DNA of 61,823 nucleotides from a virus (Duplodnaviria > Caudoviricetes). The notes under the pieces are model-generated. The model had not been told where the DNA came from, searched no databases, and saw only the letters and a program-made list of their open reading frames with translations. Below are positions 26,946-36,689 of this stretch, one piece after another. The DNA lies in IMG/VR virus record IMGVR_UViG_3300022928_000025, positions 1 through 61,823 of that record. One strand, 5' to 3'. How positions within the stretch are numbered: the first letter of the stretch is position 1; each line of letters opens with the position of its first letter. The translations under genes and the position numbers were made by a program.

Positions 26946-27644
26946 TTATTGGGTTGCCATCCGAGGTGCCACTGACATGAGATCAGTATTAGGATTCGTC
27001 ACGGCATCAATCTGAGACTTTCCAGTAATAGACGACATGAACAACTGATAATGATTCGCAGCGCGCTGGCTATTACCCGCGTACTCTGCATCTTTCATAT
27101 AAGCTGAATACAAAACATAATTAACTACTGCGTTTCCGTAGATGTCTGGGATATCTAAGTTATCGCTCTGAGTAACGCTGACTGGGTTCGCCGAATAGAT
27201 AATTTCGACGAACGCTGATCCCGTAACCCCTGGATAAACATAAAAGTTGATAGGATTACTATCATCATAAATATAATGCTTAACAGTAGCGCCGTGAGCA
27301 GCATCGCCGGTAACAGTTGGATCGTGCCAAGTAGGGGACTGCGCATCGAGCACCTCGCGATCTACAATTCGTACAGCGCGTGCGCCAGTACCATCAACTG
27401 CGGCGGACATATTTCTTACGACGCGTAACAGCCGGTTACCATCGTTAGGTATTGACTGCTTAGTGCCGGCGGCAAGTGTCACTGTCGTATTCTTCGCCGA
27501 CGCGTCTGGCTTAAAGAGTGCAATTTCTCGCTGTGCGTCGTTGACCCACAGAACAAGCTCACTAGTAACAGGCCATCTAACGCCCGTTGTGTCTTGGAGC
27601 GTTATTTGAACGCGGTCTACAATCGATTGAACAGATACACTCAT
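26946..27644 (-). CDS. Head-tail adaptor (DUF6682-like)
   Basis: 'LQD....RW...EL..WVNDAQREI...PDA', 'FYVYP', 'YVLY.AY.KD'. Confidence 0.7.
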   Translation of the reverse strand: MSVSVQSIVDRVQITLQDTTGVRWPVTSELVLWVNDAQREIALFKPDASAKNTTVTLAAGTKQSIPNDGNRLLRVVRNMSAAVDGTGARAVRIVDREVLDAQSPTWHDPTVTGDAAHGATVKHYIYDDSNPINFYVYPGVTGSAFVEIIYSANPVSVTQSDNLDIPDIYGNAVVNYVLYSAYMKDAEYAGNSQRAANHYQLFMSSITGKSQIDAVTNPNTDLMSVAPRMATQ

Positions 27645-27660
27645 GATTCTTTAGCTCCCA

Positions 27661-28011
27661 TCAGCCATTTAGCACTTGATCCCAAGCGGCTTCTCTAATC
27701 TCCGCAGAGACTTGCTTTCCCATCACACGATGGATTGCGGCTGCTTTGGGCTCGCCAGTTGTCTTAAAATCGTCCGGTGATCCAACATTAATCAACTCTT
27801 CGATTGCGTTTACAGCTTCGAATACTGGATCAACATCAGGCTCAACGGGTTCTGGGGCAGACTCAACCGATACACCTATGGCCTCCGCTCCCATGCCAAT
27901 AGCGATAGCAGCTATTGCCTCTGAAACATCTCTTTCCACTCCAGCTTGCAGGCAAACGACACCGCCGCCTAAAGTGGCTACTCTCAAATCAAATTCGGCC
28001 TTAATTCTCAT
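27661..28011 (-). CDS. Hypothetical protein downstream of the capsid gene
   Basis: 116 aa; 'DFKTTGEPK...IREAAW'. Confidence 0.65.
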   Translation of the reverse strand: MRIKAEFDLRVATLGGGVVCLQAGVERDVSEAIAAIAIGMGAEAIGVSVESAPEPVEPDVDPVFEAVNAIEELINVGSPDDFKTTGEPKAAAIHRVMGKQVSAEIREAAWDQVLNG

Positions 28012-28023
28012 TTTCTAGCCTTT

Positions 28024-28059
28024 AAAAAGGCCCCCTCGCAGCGTTAGCTGTAAGGGGGC
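28024..28059 (-). terminator. Rho-independent terminator after the capsid gene
   Basis: Minus strand GCCCCCTTACAGC-TAAC-GCTGCGAGGGGGC followed by CTTTTT. Confidence 0.75.
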
Positions 28060-28077
28060 AATGCTCTCAAGGGGAGA

Positions 28078-29223
28078 TTACTGAGCAGTATCTAGGCAGA
28101 TAACACCGAAGTCTTCGACAGCGCCGTTGTAGTCGCTGTTGAACTTGGGCTTCTTCAGACCGAAGATCTTGCCGATAGAGATGCCTGACTGGTTGCCATA
28201 GTCGAAAGTATCTTCGACGATTTCTGGCGCGCCAATGTCAGCCATTGCAAGGGCTTGTGCTCCGCAGAACAGTGCGCGTGCGCCTGTAACATCTGCGTCT
28301 GCACCCCACTTGTAACCGGCAGCACCTGCGTTAGCAGAAGTTCCAGTAGTTCCGCCTTCAGTTGAGAAGACGTGACGGAACTCGTGACACATAACACCAT
28401 CAACCATCAGGCTGCTAGAGCCAGAGAACAAGCTGTTGCTTGTGCCACGGACGCCAGCGTTGCGGACGTTCGCAAGGAAGTCGGCATCGAGCTTGAGGTT
28501 AGCCATCTGCTGTGGGGTAACAAAGAGGTGGAATGTCTCTTCGTTGCCAGCACCGCGAATACCACGGATATAGTTATCCTTCGCGTAAGCTTTCAGTTCA
28601 ACGATCTGCTTGTAACCCAGCTTGTCAGTCGCTGTAACAGCAGTGGTATCACCAGTAGTAATATCAGAGCCGCTAACGCGAAGGTGACGAGCTGCAGTAG
28701 GCGTAGTTACGTCTGAGGCGTACTCAAGATCAGAAAGATCAAGACCTGCACCTGCGTTGTTTACTCGCAGCGCGCCGTTGGTCTTGTTTGTGTAAGCAAC
28801 ACCTGACAGCGTGAGGAATGCCAACTGATCCATACGGTCAGCCATAGCATAAGCCAGCGCGTCGCGTGAAGTTTCACGGAAGTTAACCACCGACTTCTGA
28901 TCCGCCATACGACCGGCAATGCGGTTAGCGAAACGAAGCTGATCGAGATTAACAACGATGTCATACGCACGTAGCGCTTCTTCGTTGCCTTCCAGAGTGT
29001 AGTCACCAGTTACACCGTCGCCAGTCATATCAGCAAGCAGTGTAATAACAGCACGGGTGCCTTTCTCAGAACGAGTAAGTTCAGTGATACGCTGAACCAT
29101 TGCATTTGAACCAGATCCTGCGAACTGGTTGATGAAGCTCATGTTACGAGCTTGACGCCAAAAATCCCGACTCCACGCGGTTAGTTGCTCAGAAGTCAGG
29201 CTAGCAAAATTTGTTAAAGCCAT
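28078..29223 (-). CDS. Major capsid protein (N4-gp56/DUF4043-like)
   Basis: 'GDGVTGD.TLEGNEE.L', 'LFCGAQA', 'DYGN..GIS..KIFG.KK'; biased codon usage; start moved to the ATG after GGAGG. Confidence 0.88.
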   Translation of the reverse strand: MALTNFASLTSEQLTAWSRDFWRQARNMSFINQFAGSGSNAMVQRITELTRSEKGTRAVITLLADMTGDGVTGDYTLEGNEEALRAYDIVVNLDQLRFANRIAGRMADQKSVVNFRETSRDALAYAMADRMDQLAFLTLSGVAYTNKTNGALRVNNAGAGLDLSDLEYASDVTTPTAARHLRVSGSDITTGDTTAVTATDKLGYKQIVELKAYAKDNYIRGIRGAGNEETFHLFVTPQQMANLKLDADFLANVRNAGVRGTSNSLFSGSSSLMVDGVMCHEFRHVFSTEGGTTGTSANAGAAGYKWGADADVTGARALFCGAQALAMADIGAPEIVEDTFDYGNQSGISIGKIFGLKKPKFNSDYNGAVEDFGVICLDTAQ

Positions 29224-29406
29224 GATGGCCTCCATTTGTTTGCATTAAATTAAAATAGCCTTGTAAATCGTCCTTTTCGTGCAGACTAACGGTCGCGCGT
29301 TTTAGCGAGAGCGGTCTCGGCGCATTTAACGTCTGTGCAGACGGGAGTACGGTTTTTACGTGAACGACACGATCAGTTTTCGTACTGATACACGAATGGT
29401 ACATTA

Positions 29407-29435
29407 ATATTAGCGTTACTAATAAACTATGTCAA
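29407..29435 (-). promoter_or_regulatory. Capsid promoter TTGACA-17-TAATAT overlapped by palindrome TATTAG-CGTTA-CTAATA
   Basis: Perfect -35 at 29430-29435; palindrome at 29408-29424. Confidence 0.8.
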
Positions 29436-29447
29436 CAAGATACTGGG

Positions 29448-29735
29448 TCACCATTTAACTTTATGACTCCAATATCGGGCACTTAGGATGTCTGGTTTTG
29501 AGTCTTGGGCGTTGTGTCGTGCGTAGTAAGACTTCCTGCGCGCCTTATCTTTTTCTGACGTAGGGTTCTTGCCCGCGCCAGAGACCCCCTGCTGCCCAAA
29601 GCGAATGGTTTTTGTCTCGCCCGATGAATTCCTAGCTACAACAACATGCGATTTTGTCGCGTGCGAAGGAGTCTTTTTGGGTTTGTTAAAACCAGCCACG
29701 CCTGCGCGAGCTAATCTGGGGTCTCTGGTTGTCAT
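29448..29735 (-). CDS. Small basic conserved phage protein (DUF6321-like)
   Basis: 'KTIRFGQQG...RRKSYYARH...SARYWS.KVKW'. Confidence 0.75.
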   Translation of the reverse strand: MTTRDPRLARAGVAGFNKPKKTPSHATKSHVVVARNSSGETKTIRFGQQGVSGAGKNPTSEKDKARRKSYYARHNAQDSKPDILSARYWSHKVKW

Positions 29736-29745
29736 AGCATTCCCT

Positions 29746-30756
29746 CTAGAAAATATCGCCTCTAAGCCTTCTCAGCGTTGCTTCAGGAAGAGCATTAAAT
29801 TCCTCTTCAGAAAGTGAGCTTATATCGAGTGCTTTCTCACCGTGGCTGCTGCTTCCTTCTCCAGGAAGTTCTGGCGGCTGCTTCTTAGCTGCGTCTAACT
29901 TCTTAGCAACCTCTGCCCTCTTCTTCGCCACTTCATCTACAGACTTCTTTGGTGCTTGTTTAGCGGTCAGCGCAGAAGAGTCATCCGATTCAGAACCAAT
30001 ATCATGGGCTTTTATGACAAAATTAGATGCCTTCGATAGCGCATCTACCGCCCCTAAACCCTGAATCATAAACGCGTCGCGTAGCTCAATTACTTCTTGC
30101 GTAAAGTCTTCGTTATAGTCGGCAGAATTTTGGTCGAATACGGGGTATTCTGTTTCCAACAGGTTTGCAGCCTGCTGGAGAGCTGTTTCTTCGTTGTTTC
30201 TCGTAACAGTCTGCTCAACTTCTCGACGCAATTCATGAGACATAGCCTCCCTTTCCGCATTACGAATCTCACTACGCAGCTTCGCAGCTTTATCAGGCTC
30301 ACCATCAAGGATAAAGTCCTGATATTCGCGCTCTTTGGCCTCGAAGTCATACGAAGGTAGCTCAGGCGGAGGGGGCTGATTGGCCTGCTTAAGCTCGTCG
30401 AGCTGCTTTTGCAGCGCCTTCTGTTTTGCTAACACCTCGTCAAGGCGAGATTTAGGCACCATCTGACCTTTTTTCTTGGCCTTTGGTTCCTCTAGTACCT
30501 CTTCGAGCTCTTCGGTTTCGTCGAGCGCGACGGGCTCGTCGTCGGTTTCGGCTTCGGTTTCATCGACTTCTTCTTCGGCAGTTGGTACATCTTCAGTCTC
30601 CAAAGTTTCTATGTCGGACGTTTCATCCTCTTCTTCTGGTTCAGCTTCATCTACACCGAGCCCGAAATTGAGATCCACATCTACATCTTCAACCTGATCG
30701 ATAGCATCCGATCCTGGCATCCTGTCGAATTCTAAATTTTCATCCTTATCAGCCAT
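29746..30756 (-). CDS. Capsid scaffolding protein
   Basis: Acidic N-terminus, 'VPKSRLDEV' coiled coil, C-terminal 'EEEFNALPE...LRGD'; between portal and capsid. Confidence 0.75.
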   Translation of the reverse strand: MADKDENLEFDRMPGSDAIDQVEDVDVDLNFGLGVDEAEPEEEDETSDIETLETEDVPTAEEEVDETEAETDDEPVALDETEELEEVLEEPKAKKKGQMVPKSRLDEVLAKQKALQKQLDELKQANQPPPPELPSYDFEAKEREYQDFILDGEPDKAAKLRSEIRNAEREAMSHELRREVEQTVTRNNEETALQQAANLLETEYPVFDQNSADYNEDFTQEVIELRDAFMIQGLGAVDALSKASNFVIKAHDIGSESDDSSALTAKQAPKKSVDEVAKKRAEVAKKLDAAKKQPPELPGEGSSSHGEKALDISSLSEEEFNALPEATLRRLRGDIF

Positions 30757-30759
30757 AAC

Positions 30760-32877
30760 TTATCCTTTGGGGGTTAGAGATTTGTTGGTTTGTTGCATCG
30801 CCGTTGTGGCAATTCTTGTAGCCGCCGAAGTTTCTTGGTTAGTTCGGCGTGTAGTATTAGTTAGATCCGCAAGCTCTCTTCTGAGATTGAGCTCCATTTC
30901 CTTCATGCGCATCTGACTCTCAAGCTCCATGACCTTAAGCTGCGGCGTAACGTCTGCCACATCTTGAGTTTTCGCCATGTTGATCGCAGCTTCTGACTGC
31001 AGCTTCTGCACTTCTGCTCGTAACTTCTCGATAGTGAGCTGAATCTGCTCCATCTCCATTTCGTGATGGATCTGCTGCATCTGCGCTTGTTCTTCACTAG
31101 GCGGTTCAACACCAGTAACAGTGCGAATTCGTTTAGCCAGTTCACCCTTACGCGCGAGGTGGCTGTACTCTACGATAGCGTCATCTGGAATCATCACGCC
31201 TGCGCTGCGCAAACTCAGAGCCTCAGCGAACTGAATCTCGTCGAAGCTGTCGCGGGCGGGGGCTGTAGCAATAACTACATCGTATTCACCGATAGTTAGG
31301 TCATTAACAATTCGCCCCTCGGGAGTCATTTCGTTAATAACTATCGGCTCACGCGGCTTAAGGGGATCATCTTCATTTGTAATCTGAACTATTCGCTGCT
31401 CGGTGTAGAACCGCTGTATCAGATTCAGAATCTTCTCTGCCAAGTGCTGACGAGTCTTGTTCAAGTTATCCAGTGGCACCTGAATCATTATCGCGCCACG
31501 ATTCTGCTTAGCTTGTATCGCAATACCTGACACTTCAGCTGAGTCAGTACCCAGCATAGAGTCATTAATACCCGATATGGCTTTTATGTTTGCCGCCGCT
31601 TTCTGACCGATACGATCTAGACCAGTAGGGATAGTGTTAGGCTGAATCTTTTGGGGTGCCGTGGTGCCACGGGCGTACTCAAGCACGAGGCCAGTTTCGG
31701 CGCCATGCTCCTCGAGATCATCTGGTGTCATACCTACCAGTGAGCCGCTCTCTACCATCCACCCGCTATTAGCAGTGGTGTTAACAATATGCAGCTCTTG
31801 CGAAGCGATCTTGTTAAGCTGTTCTTGTGGGGATAACAGGTTACGTACCATGCCGAACGGACGACCGCGACGGAAGTAAGCGAAGAATGGTACTAACGTG
31901 AAGTCATCGTATGGCGACCAGTCATCGTGCAGCACAACTTTGTCACAGGTCACTGTCCAACGTACCTGCTTTACCATCTTAGTAATTACAGACAACCCGT
32001 GCTCTTTCGCGAACGCTTTCACCTTCCGCTCGTTCCAATTTTCTGGCACGCGCCTCTGGTCGCCGGTTGTGGGGTCGACATAGAAGTCTGACCTAGTCAG
32101 CTTTCGGTGCTGTCGCTCAATTACCCGAAGCGCCCTGACGTTTCGGTACTCTTCCTCTCCAGGAATCTGTGCACCTAAAAAATCTTCTCGGGTATCTATG
32201 TCGCCGTAGCGAGTCTCTTCGTACTCTACCGAGTCGCGGCCAAAACTGTTGCCGTTTTCTGCGATGAACTGCAGCTTGTCAGCTTTGTCTTTACCGTAGA
32301 CCTCTTCAATCTCGTCAAGGGTCATCCATTTCGTTTCGAATATCTCGTTCCAAGTGCGCGCGTCATACTCTTTTGCGTCTGGATCTATCAGTATATCCAG
32401 AGGATCTTTCGCCGTTATCCGCACCTCACCTTCAGTGCTGTCACTGAAATCTATGCGAACGTCAAAATAACCACGGCCATCAAGGATCAATCCGTCACTA
32501 AACACCTGCTGCTCTATCCAATCCATTTTGTTGTTGTCAGAGATCTGCATGAACAACTTAGTCAGTGTGTTCGCTATATCACCGTCGCCGCCTTTGCGGG
32601 GTTTAAACTTCACGTCTGCCCGCCGTGAGCTCTGCTCACCTAGCACCGTATTAACCGTAGGCAGGATCGTGTTAATTGTCAGAGCAGGACGTCCGGCCTG
32701 ATCGAGAGCTGCAATGTCTTCAGCCGCCCACTGATCACCTCGGTAATATGAGTCGCACTTCTTAGCCATTTCAATGTAATCAAGGTGGCCATTATCACGA
32801 GCACGTACATATCTGTCCCACTGGCCAGACGCAATCATGTGCTCTTTGTCTGCGGTCAATCGCTTTGTATTCTTCAT
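30760..32877 (-). CDS. Portal protein (P22-like)
   Basis: 'YYRGDQW', 'RPALTIN.I.P.VN.VLG', 'GMVRNL..PQ...NK', 'SG.AI'. Confidence 0.9.
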   Translation of the reverse strand: MKNTKRLTADKEHMIASGQWDRYVRARDNGHLDYIEMAKKCDSYYRGDQWAAEDIAALDQAGRPALTINTILPTVNTVLGEQSSRRADVKFKPRKGGDGDIANTLTKLFMQISDNNKMDWIEQQVFSDGLILDGRGYFDVRIDFSDSTEGEVRITAKDPLDILIDPDAKEYDARTWNEIFETKWMTLDEIEEVYGKDKADKLQFIAENGNSFGRDSVEYEETRYGDIDTREDFLGAQIPGEEEYRNVRALRVIERQHRKLTRSDFYVDPTTGDQRRVPENWNERKVKAFAKEHGLSVITKMVKQVRWTVTCDKVVLHDDWSPYDDFTLVPFFAYFRRGRPFGMVRNLLSPQEQLNKIASQELHIVNTTANSGWMVESGSLVGMTPDDLEEHGAETGLVLEYARGTTAPQKIQPNTIPTGLDRIGQKAAANIKAISGINDSMLGTDSAEVSGIAIQAKQNRGAIMIQVPLDNLNKTRQHLAEKILNLIQRFYTEQRIVQITNEDDPLKPREPIVINEMTPEGRIVNDLTIGEYDVVIATAPARDSFDEIQFAEALSLRSAGVMIPDDAIVEYSHLARKGELAKRIRTVTGVEPPSEEQAQMQQIHHEMEMEQIQLTIEKLRAEVQKLQSEAAINMAKTQDVADVTPQLKVMELESQMRMKEMELNLRRELADLTNTTRRTNQETSAATRIATTAMQQTNKSLTPKG

Positions 32878-32879
32878 GG

Positions 32880-34526
32880 CTATGCACTCATCGCCGATTT
32901 GTTTTTAGGACCACCCTTAACAATATGGGCGAGCTTGTCCCTCCAAGAGGGAGTGTGAACAGTAGGCGCGTGATAACTTGAAAATTCAGCCATCATCAAT
33001 CCAAGCCACGCGAGCGCGTCGACCTGATCGTCATGGACGCCGTTTGGGAATCTCAATAGTTCTGCCACCAGCGGGCCTGTAAACACAGCATCACGAGGCA
33101 GGAATACCATCCCCTGCTGCATACGGCCTTGGATGGCGCGGGCGCGGGCTTCTTTGTCTCTTCTACCCGTGCGTAGGTCTTTGATGTACATTTCATACAA
33201 CCCCCTTTCACGCACACGTTTCTCAAGGAACGGGCCAAGGGCCATCTCGATGTGACCCTTCTCGATACCGACAATTGACGGTTTCCACTCGACGTATAAA
33301 TCCAAAATCTTCTCTACAATCTCGAACCCGTCAAACCGCCCACGGACAATGTCCATGACGTACAACTTGTCAGCCTCGTCGACGCCAATGACCATCCCAA
33401 CCGAGTAGTCGTTCCTGTCGTTTTTACCGATGGCTAAATCCCATGCGGCGTAGTACTTCATGCGGTCTTCGTCGATATCCTCAGGGTCGTAGTACTTAAT
33501 CATGCTGCGAGTAAAGTAATCACCCTCGTCTGCCACAGGATTCTGTTGATACAACGCGGACCAATCTCGAGGGCCAACTGCTTTTCGTATACGGTTAAGT
33601 GACGCGGCGTCATACCGATCAAGGTGTAACGGCTCGCCCATCTTCCGGTACTTCTCGTCTTCCTCAGCGATGGCGGGATAGCGAACTACTTCCCAATCGT
33701 CGCCGCCTTCGGTCGCCATTTTTAGTAGGCGCCCCGCAAGATCGTCGTCATGCCAACGAGTGAGAATAACCAGTACCCCGCCGCCAGGAGCCAGACGGGT
33801 GTACGCCGTTGACGTATACCAATCCCAGTTAGCCTCTCTATTATTCTGAGACTCAGCGTCTTCTCGGTTTTTTACGGGGTCATCGATAACTAATATGTGT
33901 GCCCCTTTACCCGTGATACCGCCACCAACACCTGCAGCAACAAAGCCGCCGCCACCAGTGGTGAGCCACGCTTCAGCACTTTGAGAGTCAGGATCTAGAC
34001 GTGTTTTGAAGGCACTCTTGTAGGACGGCTCTCGCAGCAGGTTACGCACCTTTCTCGAGAAACCCATCGCCAGTGAGCCTGAGTATGAGCAGCTAATGAA
34101 CTCGTGCTCAGGGTTACGTCCCAAGTGCCAAGCGGGGAACGCTACCGAGGCAAGTGTCGATTTCCCATGCCGAGGGGGCATGAACAACATTAACCGTGGC
34201 GACTTCTTATCAACCACGTCTTGTGAGAACTTCTCTAACCTTTGGCAAATGTCCTTGTGCACCCAGCCTGCTTGGTAATCTGGATTGAACCGCTCAACGA
34301 AGGGCAGCATCCGTTTACGCGTGAGGATACGCATGGCCAACTCTTCGCGAGCCATTTCTTCAGAAGTTTTTGGTAGAGGGACATCAGTACTGGGGTCTTT
34401 CGGCGAAGGCAGGGAGTCCTGCCGGTCTGCTTGGCAGTACACACACCAGTTGTCCGCGCCCATAAGAGTAGACGGAACCGACTTCTTACACCGTTCGCAT
34501 GTGCTCTTGGGCGCTTCATCCGTCAT
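32880..34526 (-). CDS. terL: Terminase large subunit
   Basis: Walker A PPRHGKS, Walker B ILVIDDP, TRWH, nuclease WDLA...DYS...HDDQVD; N-terminal CxxC..CxxC. Confidence 0.93.
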   Translation of the reverse strand: MTDEAPKSTCERCKKSVPSTLMGADNWCVYCQADRQDSLPSPKDPSTDVPLPKTSEEMAREELAMRILTRKRMLPFVERFNPDYQAGWVHKDICQRLEKFSQDVVDKKSPRLMLFMPPRHGKSTLASVAFPAWHLGRNPEHEFISCSYSGSLAMGFSRKVRNLLREPSYKSAFKTRLDPDSQSAEAWLTTGGGGFVAAGVGGGITGKGAHILVIDDPVKNREDAESQNNREANWDWYTSTAYTRLAPGGGVLVILTRWHDDDLAGRLLKMATEGGDDWEVVRYPAIAEEDEKYRKMGEPLHLDRYDAASLNRIRKAVGPRDWSALYQQNPVADEGDYFTRSMIKYYDPEDIDEDRMKYYAAWDLAIGKNDRNDYSVGMVIGVDEADKLYVMDIVRGRFDGFEIVEKILDLYVEWKPSIVGIEKGHIEMALGPFLEKRVRERGLYEMYIKDLRTGRRDKEARARAIQGRMQQGMVFLPRDAVFTGPLVAELLRFPNGVHDDQVDALAWLGLMMAEFSSYHAPTVHTPSWRDKLAHIVKGGPKNKSAMSA

Positions 34527-34992
34527 GTGTCTGAGGCTCTAGGTACTGCGTCCCTTTGCCAGCAAGCTTCAACAACTCGTCGTCACTCAGTCGTTCGAGC
34601 TGCTTGGCACCATTAATCTGTATGTTGACCTGCTGATTCTGAGATTCTTTCGCCAGACCATGCAGACGCACCATACTGTCTACCGTATTCTTCATCTCTG
34701 TCGCGTTGGCAGAGGACACGTAGGCATTCATATACATTGAGTGTGCTTGTTGAATGCCAAATTTCACTTCCTCATGCATCTGCTCGCGGAAATACTGAAT
34801 GGCACGTGCCACGGCCTCTACTTTAGCGGCGGAGTAGGCATTGGCAGGTGACGCGTAACCAGCAGCACGCCCTGCAGCGGCAATAGTCATCCCACTGCAG
34901 ATGAACTGGACTAGTTTCTCCTGTTGAACGCTAAGCACACCAATTTGAAGCCCCATATAAGGCATGTGGGAGTCAAACTCGGTCTTTGACAT
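34516..34992 (-). CDS. terS: Terminase small subunit
   Basis: HTH 'QQEK.VQ....GMT...AGRAAGY', helical body, upstream of terL; start moved to the ATG at 34992. Confidence 0.75.
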   Translation of the reverse strand: MSKTEFDSHMPYMGLQIGVLSVQQEKLVQFICSGMTIAAAGRAAGYASPANAYSAAKVEAVARAIQYFREQMHEEVKFGIQQAHSMYMNAYVSSANATEMKNTVDSMVRLHGLAKESQNQQVNIQINGAKQLERLSDDELLKLAGKGTQYLEPQTHDG

Positions 34993-34996
34993 TTGT

Positions 34997-35296
34997 TCAG
35001 TGGAGGGTGTGATTGTTGGAGTCGTCGTTATCGAAGTAATATCTATCACCCCCCGCGATGTAATTGCTCATTTCATTACTAAAATTAACGAAAATTGGAG
35101 GGTTGATGTAATCAACCTGAGTTACTTCTTCCACAAACTCTTGTATTTCGTCGTCTGCGTAGCCACTGGCACGTAAAACTTCGATTGTTTTGGCGTAGTC
35201 GTACACCAAAACAGGCGCGCTGCCCCTTAGAACGACTTGATACCCTATACAGGCGTCTTCTAGCCCTTCTAGGCACAGCACTTCTATATTATTCAT
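34997..35296 (-). CDS. Conserved hypothetical phage protein
   Basis: 'GLEDACIG...LVYDY.K.IEVL...PIFV'. Confidence 0.65.
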   Translation of the reverse strand: MNNIEVLCLEGLEDACIGYQVVLRGSAPVLVYDYAKTIEVLRASGYADDEIQEFVEEVTQVDYINPPIFVNFSNEMSNYIAGGDRYYFDNDDSNNHTLH

Positions 35297-35302
35297 AGCA
35301 AT

Positions 35303-35331
35303 ATATTAGCTTTACTAATATTATTTTGCAA
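35303..35331 (-). promoter_or_regulatory. Operator/promoter TTGCAA-17-TAATAT with palindrome TATTAG-CTTTA-CTAATA
   Basis: Upstream of the packaging operon. Confidence 0.72.
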
Positions 35332-35821
35332 GCAACTGCCCAGCGATATTTTTAATCCACCACATAAACATATTCTCATCCAAGGTGTGCTTCATCAGGT
35401 TTATGCGGTTACAGACCAAGTGTACATTGTCAAGTGAGTAGCCGCGTGCTGGGTCTCGACGGTCAATTGACGCGTTTAGATCGACTCTACTAATGCCATC
35501 TCTGTAACTGGTCATTAAAATGCCGCTATAGGCGCACTTACCGTCCTGCCGCTCCCAAATTTGCATCAAATCTTCAGGAGTTAGCGAAAAACCGTCAGGT
35601 TCTTTGCCTCGTAGCTTTTTTCTGTGCGAATAGCGTTGGTTTGCGCAGATCCTGGAGAAGTAACTCTCGGTACTCTGGTTGGTATTGATCCTTTTGCTAT
35701 GCCAACTGCATTCTTTACACTTAGTCGACCTACTATTGTTGCCGCGCTTATTCAATTTCATTTCGAAAGCGCTTTTAGGCAGCGCGCTGCGGCAATTTCT
35801 GCATGTATATGTCTTTTCCAT
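35321..35821 (-). CDS. HNH-like endonuclease with N-terminal Zn ribbon
   Basis: CxxC...CKEC; 'QDGKCAYSG...SIDRRDP.RGY..DNV.LVC..IN.MK'. Confidence 0.75.
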   Translation of the reverse strand: MEKTYTCRNCRSALPKSAFEMKLNKRGNNSRSTKCKECSWHSKRINTNQSTESYFSRICANQRYSHRKKLRGKEPDGFSLTPEDLMQIWERQDGKCAYSGILMTSYRDGISRVDLNASIDRRDPARGYSLDNVHLVCNRINLMKHTLDENMFMWWIKNIAGQLLAK

Positions 35822-35828
35822 GCCATGC

Positions 35829-35857
35829 TTTATATATTAGTAAAGCTAATATCGCAA
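35829..35857 (-). promoter_or_regulatory. Operator/promoter with palindrome TATTAG-TAAAG-CTAATA
   Basis: Reverse complement of the 35303 site; TTGCGA-17-TATAAA. Confidence 0.65.
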
Positions 35858-35955
35858 ATTATATAGAAATTTTTTATAAAAATATTTTTAAATTTCACTC
35901 ACACACTATCTCCCCTCCTCGAGTTTAGCGACCTACCCTCCCCCGATCCGGTTTC

Positions 35956-35995
35956 TGGAACCTTGTTTTGGATTTGACTCTTGGAACCTTGTTTT
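35956..35995. repeat. 14-bp direct repeat TGGAACCTTGTTTT x2
   Basis: Copies at 35956-35969 and 35982-35995 in the strand-divergence region. Confidence 0.85.
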
Positions 35996-36043
35996 CGCTC
36001 GCTCGTCCCTCGCTCACAGTCGGTTGTTTCTTTGTATTTACTC

Positions 36044-36071
36044 TTATCAATTATCAATTATCAATTATCAA
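36044..36071. repeat. (TTATCAA)x4 heptamer tandem repeat
   Basis: Read directly; immediately before an AGGA RBS. Confidence 0.9.
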
Positions 36072-36082
36072 GGATCACTCTC

Positions 36083-36205
36083 ATGCTCATACTCGCCTTT
36101 ATTCAAGAACAAATATCTTACGCAACAGCCGGTGAACTCATCGCTTCTGGCTTCATTCTTTCCATCTACTTACTCGACCTATATTCAATGACCAAGGAGT
36201 ACTAA
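36083..36205 (+). CDS. Small hydrophobic early protein
   Basis: ATG after AGGA RBS; 40 aa. Confidence 0.5.
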   Translation: MLILAFIQEQISYATAGELIASGFILSIYLLDLYSMTKEY

Positions 36206-36207
36206 CC

Positions 36208-36426
36208 ATGAACAACATCAAAATCTTCAGCACCGCCGCAATCAAATTCTTTCTCTTTCTATTAGCAGTCTACGCAATCTCAGCTACCTTCGCCTTCGCT
36301 ACCCAAACCGTCGTCAATCCCAACGACATCTCAAACGATTACATCTGCATCAAAGACTTATTTCCCGACGCTTACTACTGCAAGCCCAAAGCCAAAGATC
36401 CTATCCCTTGGTTTCTTGACCTTTAA
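36208..36426 (+). CDS. Small membrane/secreted early protein
   Basis: AAGGAG RBS; signal-like TM segment; two Cys. Confidence 0.65.
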   Translation: MNNIKIFSTAAIKFFLFLLAVYAISATFAFATQTVVNPNDISNDYICIKDLFPDAYYCKPKAKDPIPWFLDL

Positions 36427-36462
36427 CCCTTATCACTTATCAATTATCCAGGACTATTAACC

Positions 36463-36687
36463 ATGAACTACCTAACTAACAAACTCAGCACTATCAACTA
36501 TCAAGCTCATCTGCAAACAGCCAAAGAACTAGCACTCAAAGCCAAAGACTACGCTAAAGAAAACCCAGACACCGTATTCCTCGGCCTCACCTCGCTACTG
36601 CTCCTAGACATCAGTGACTCACTCGACAATCTCGAAGACCACTCAACTATCCAAACCATCTTAGACCTCAAAAATAACGGATACTAA
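36463..36687 (+). CDS. Small early protein (paralogue of 37372..37584)
   Basis: 'YAKENPDTVFLGL..LLL.DISD'. Confidence 0.65.
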   Translation: MNYLTNKLSTINYQAHLQTAKELALKAKDYAKENPDTVFLGLTSLLLLDISDSLDNLEDHSTIQTILDLKNNGY

Positions 36688-36689
36688 CC

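Noticed and set aside
399-35866. Numerous plus-strand ORFs opposite the structural genes
   Set aside because: Antisense shadows of real genes with no RBS or protein-like features.
35981-36082. N-terminal part of ORF 35981..36205
   Set aside because: It is a translation of the direct and heptamer repeats; the RBS supports a start at 36083.
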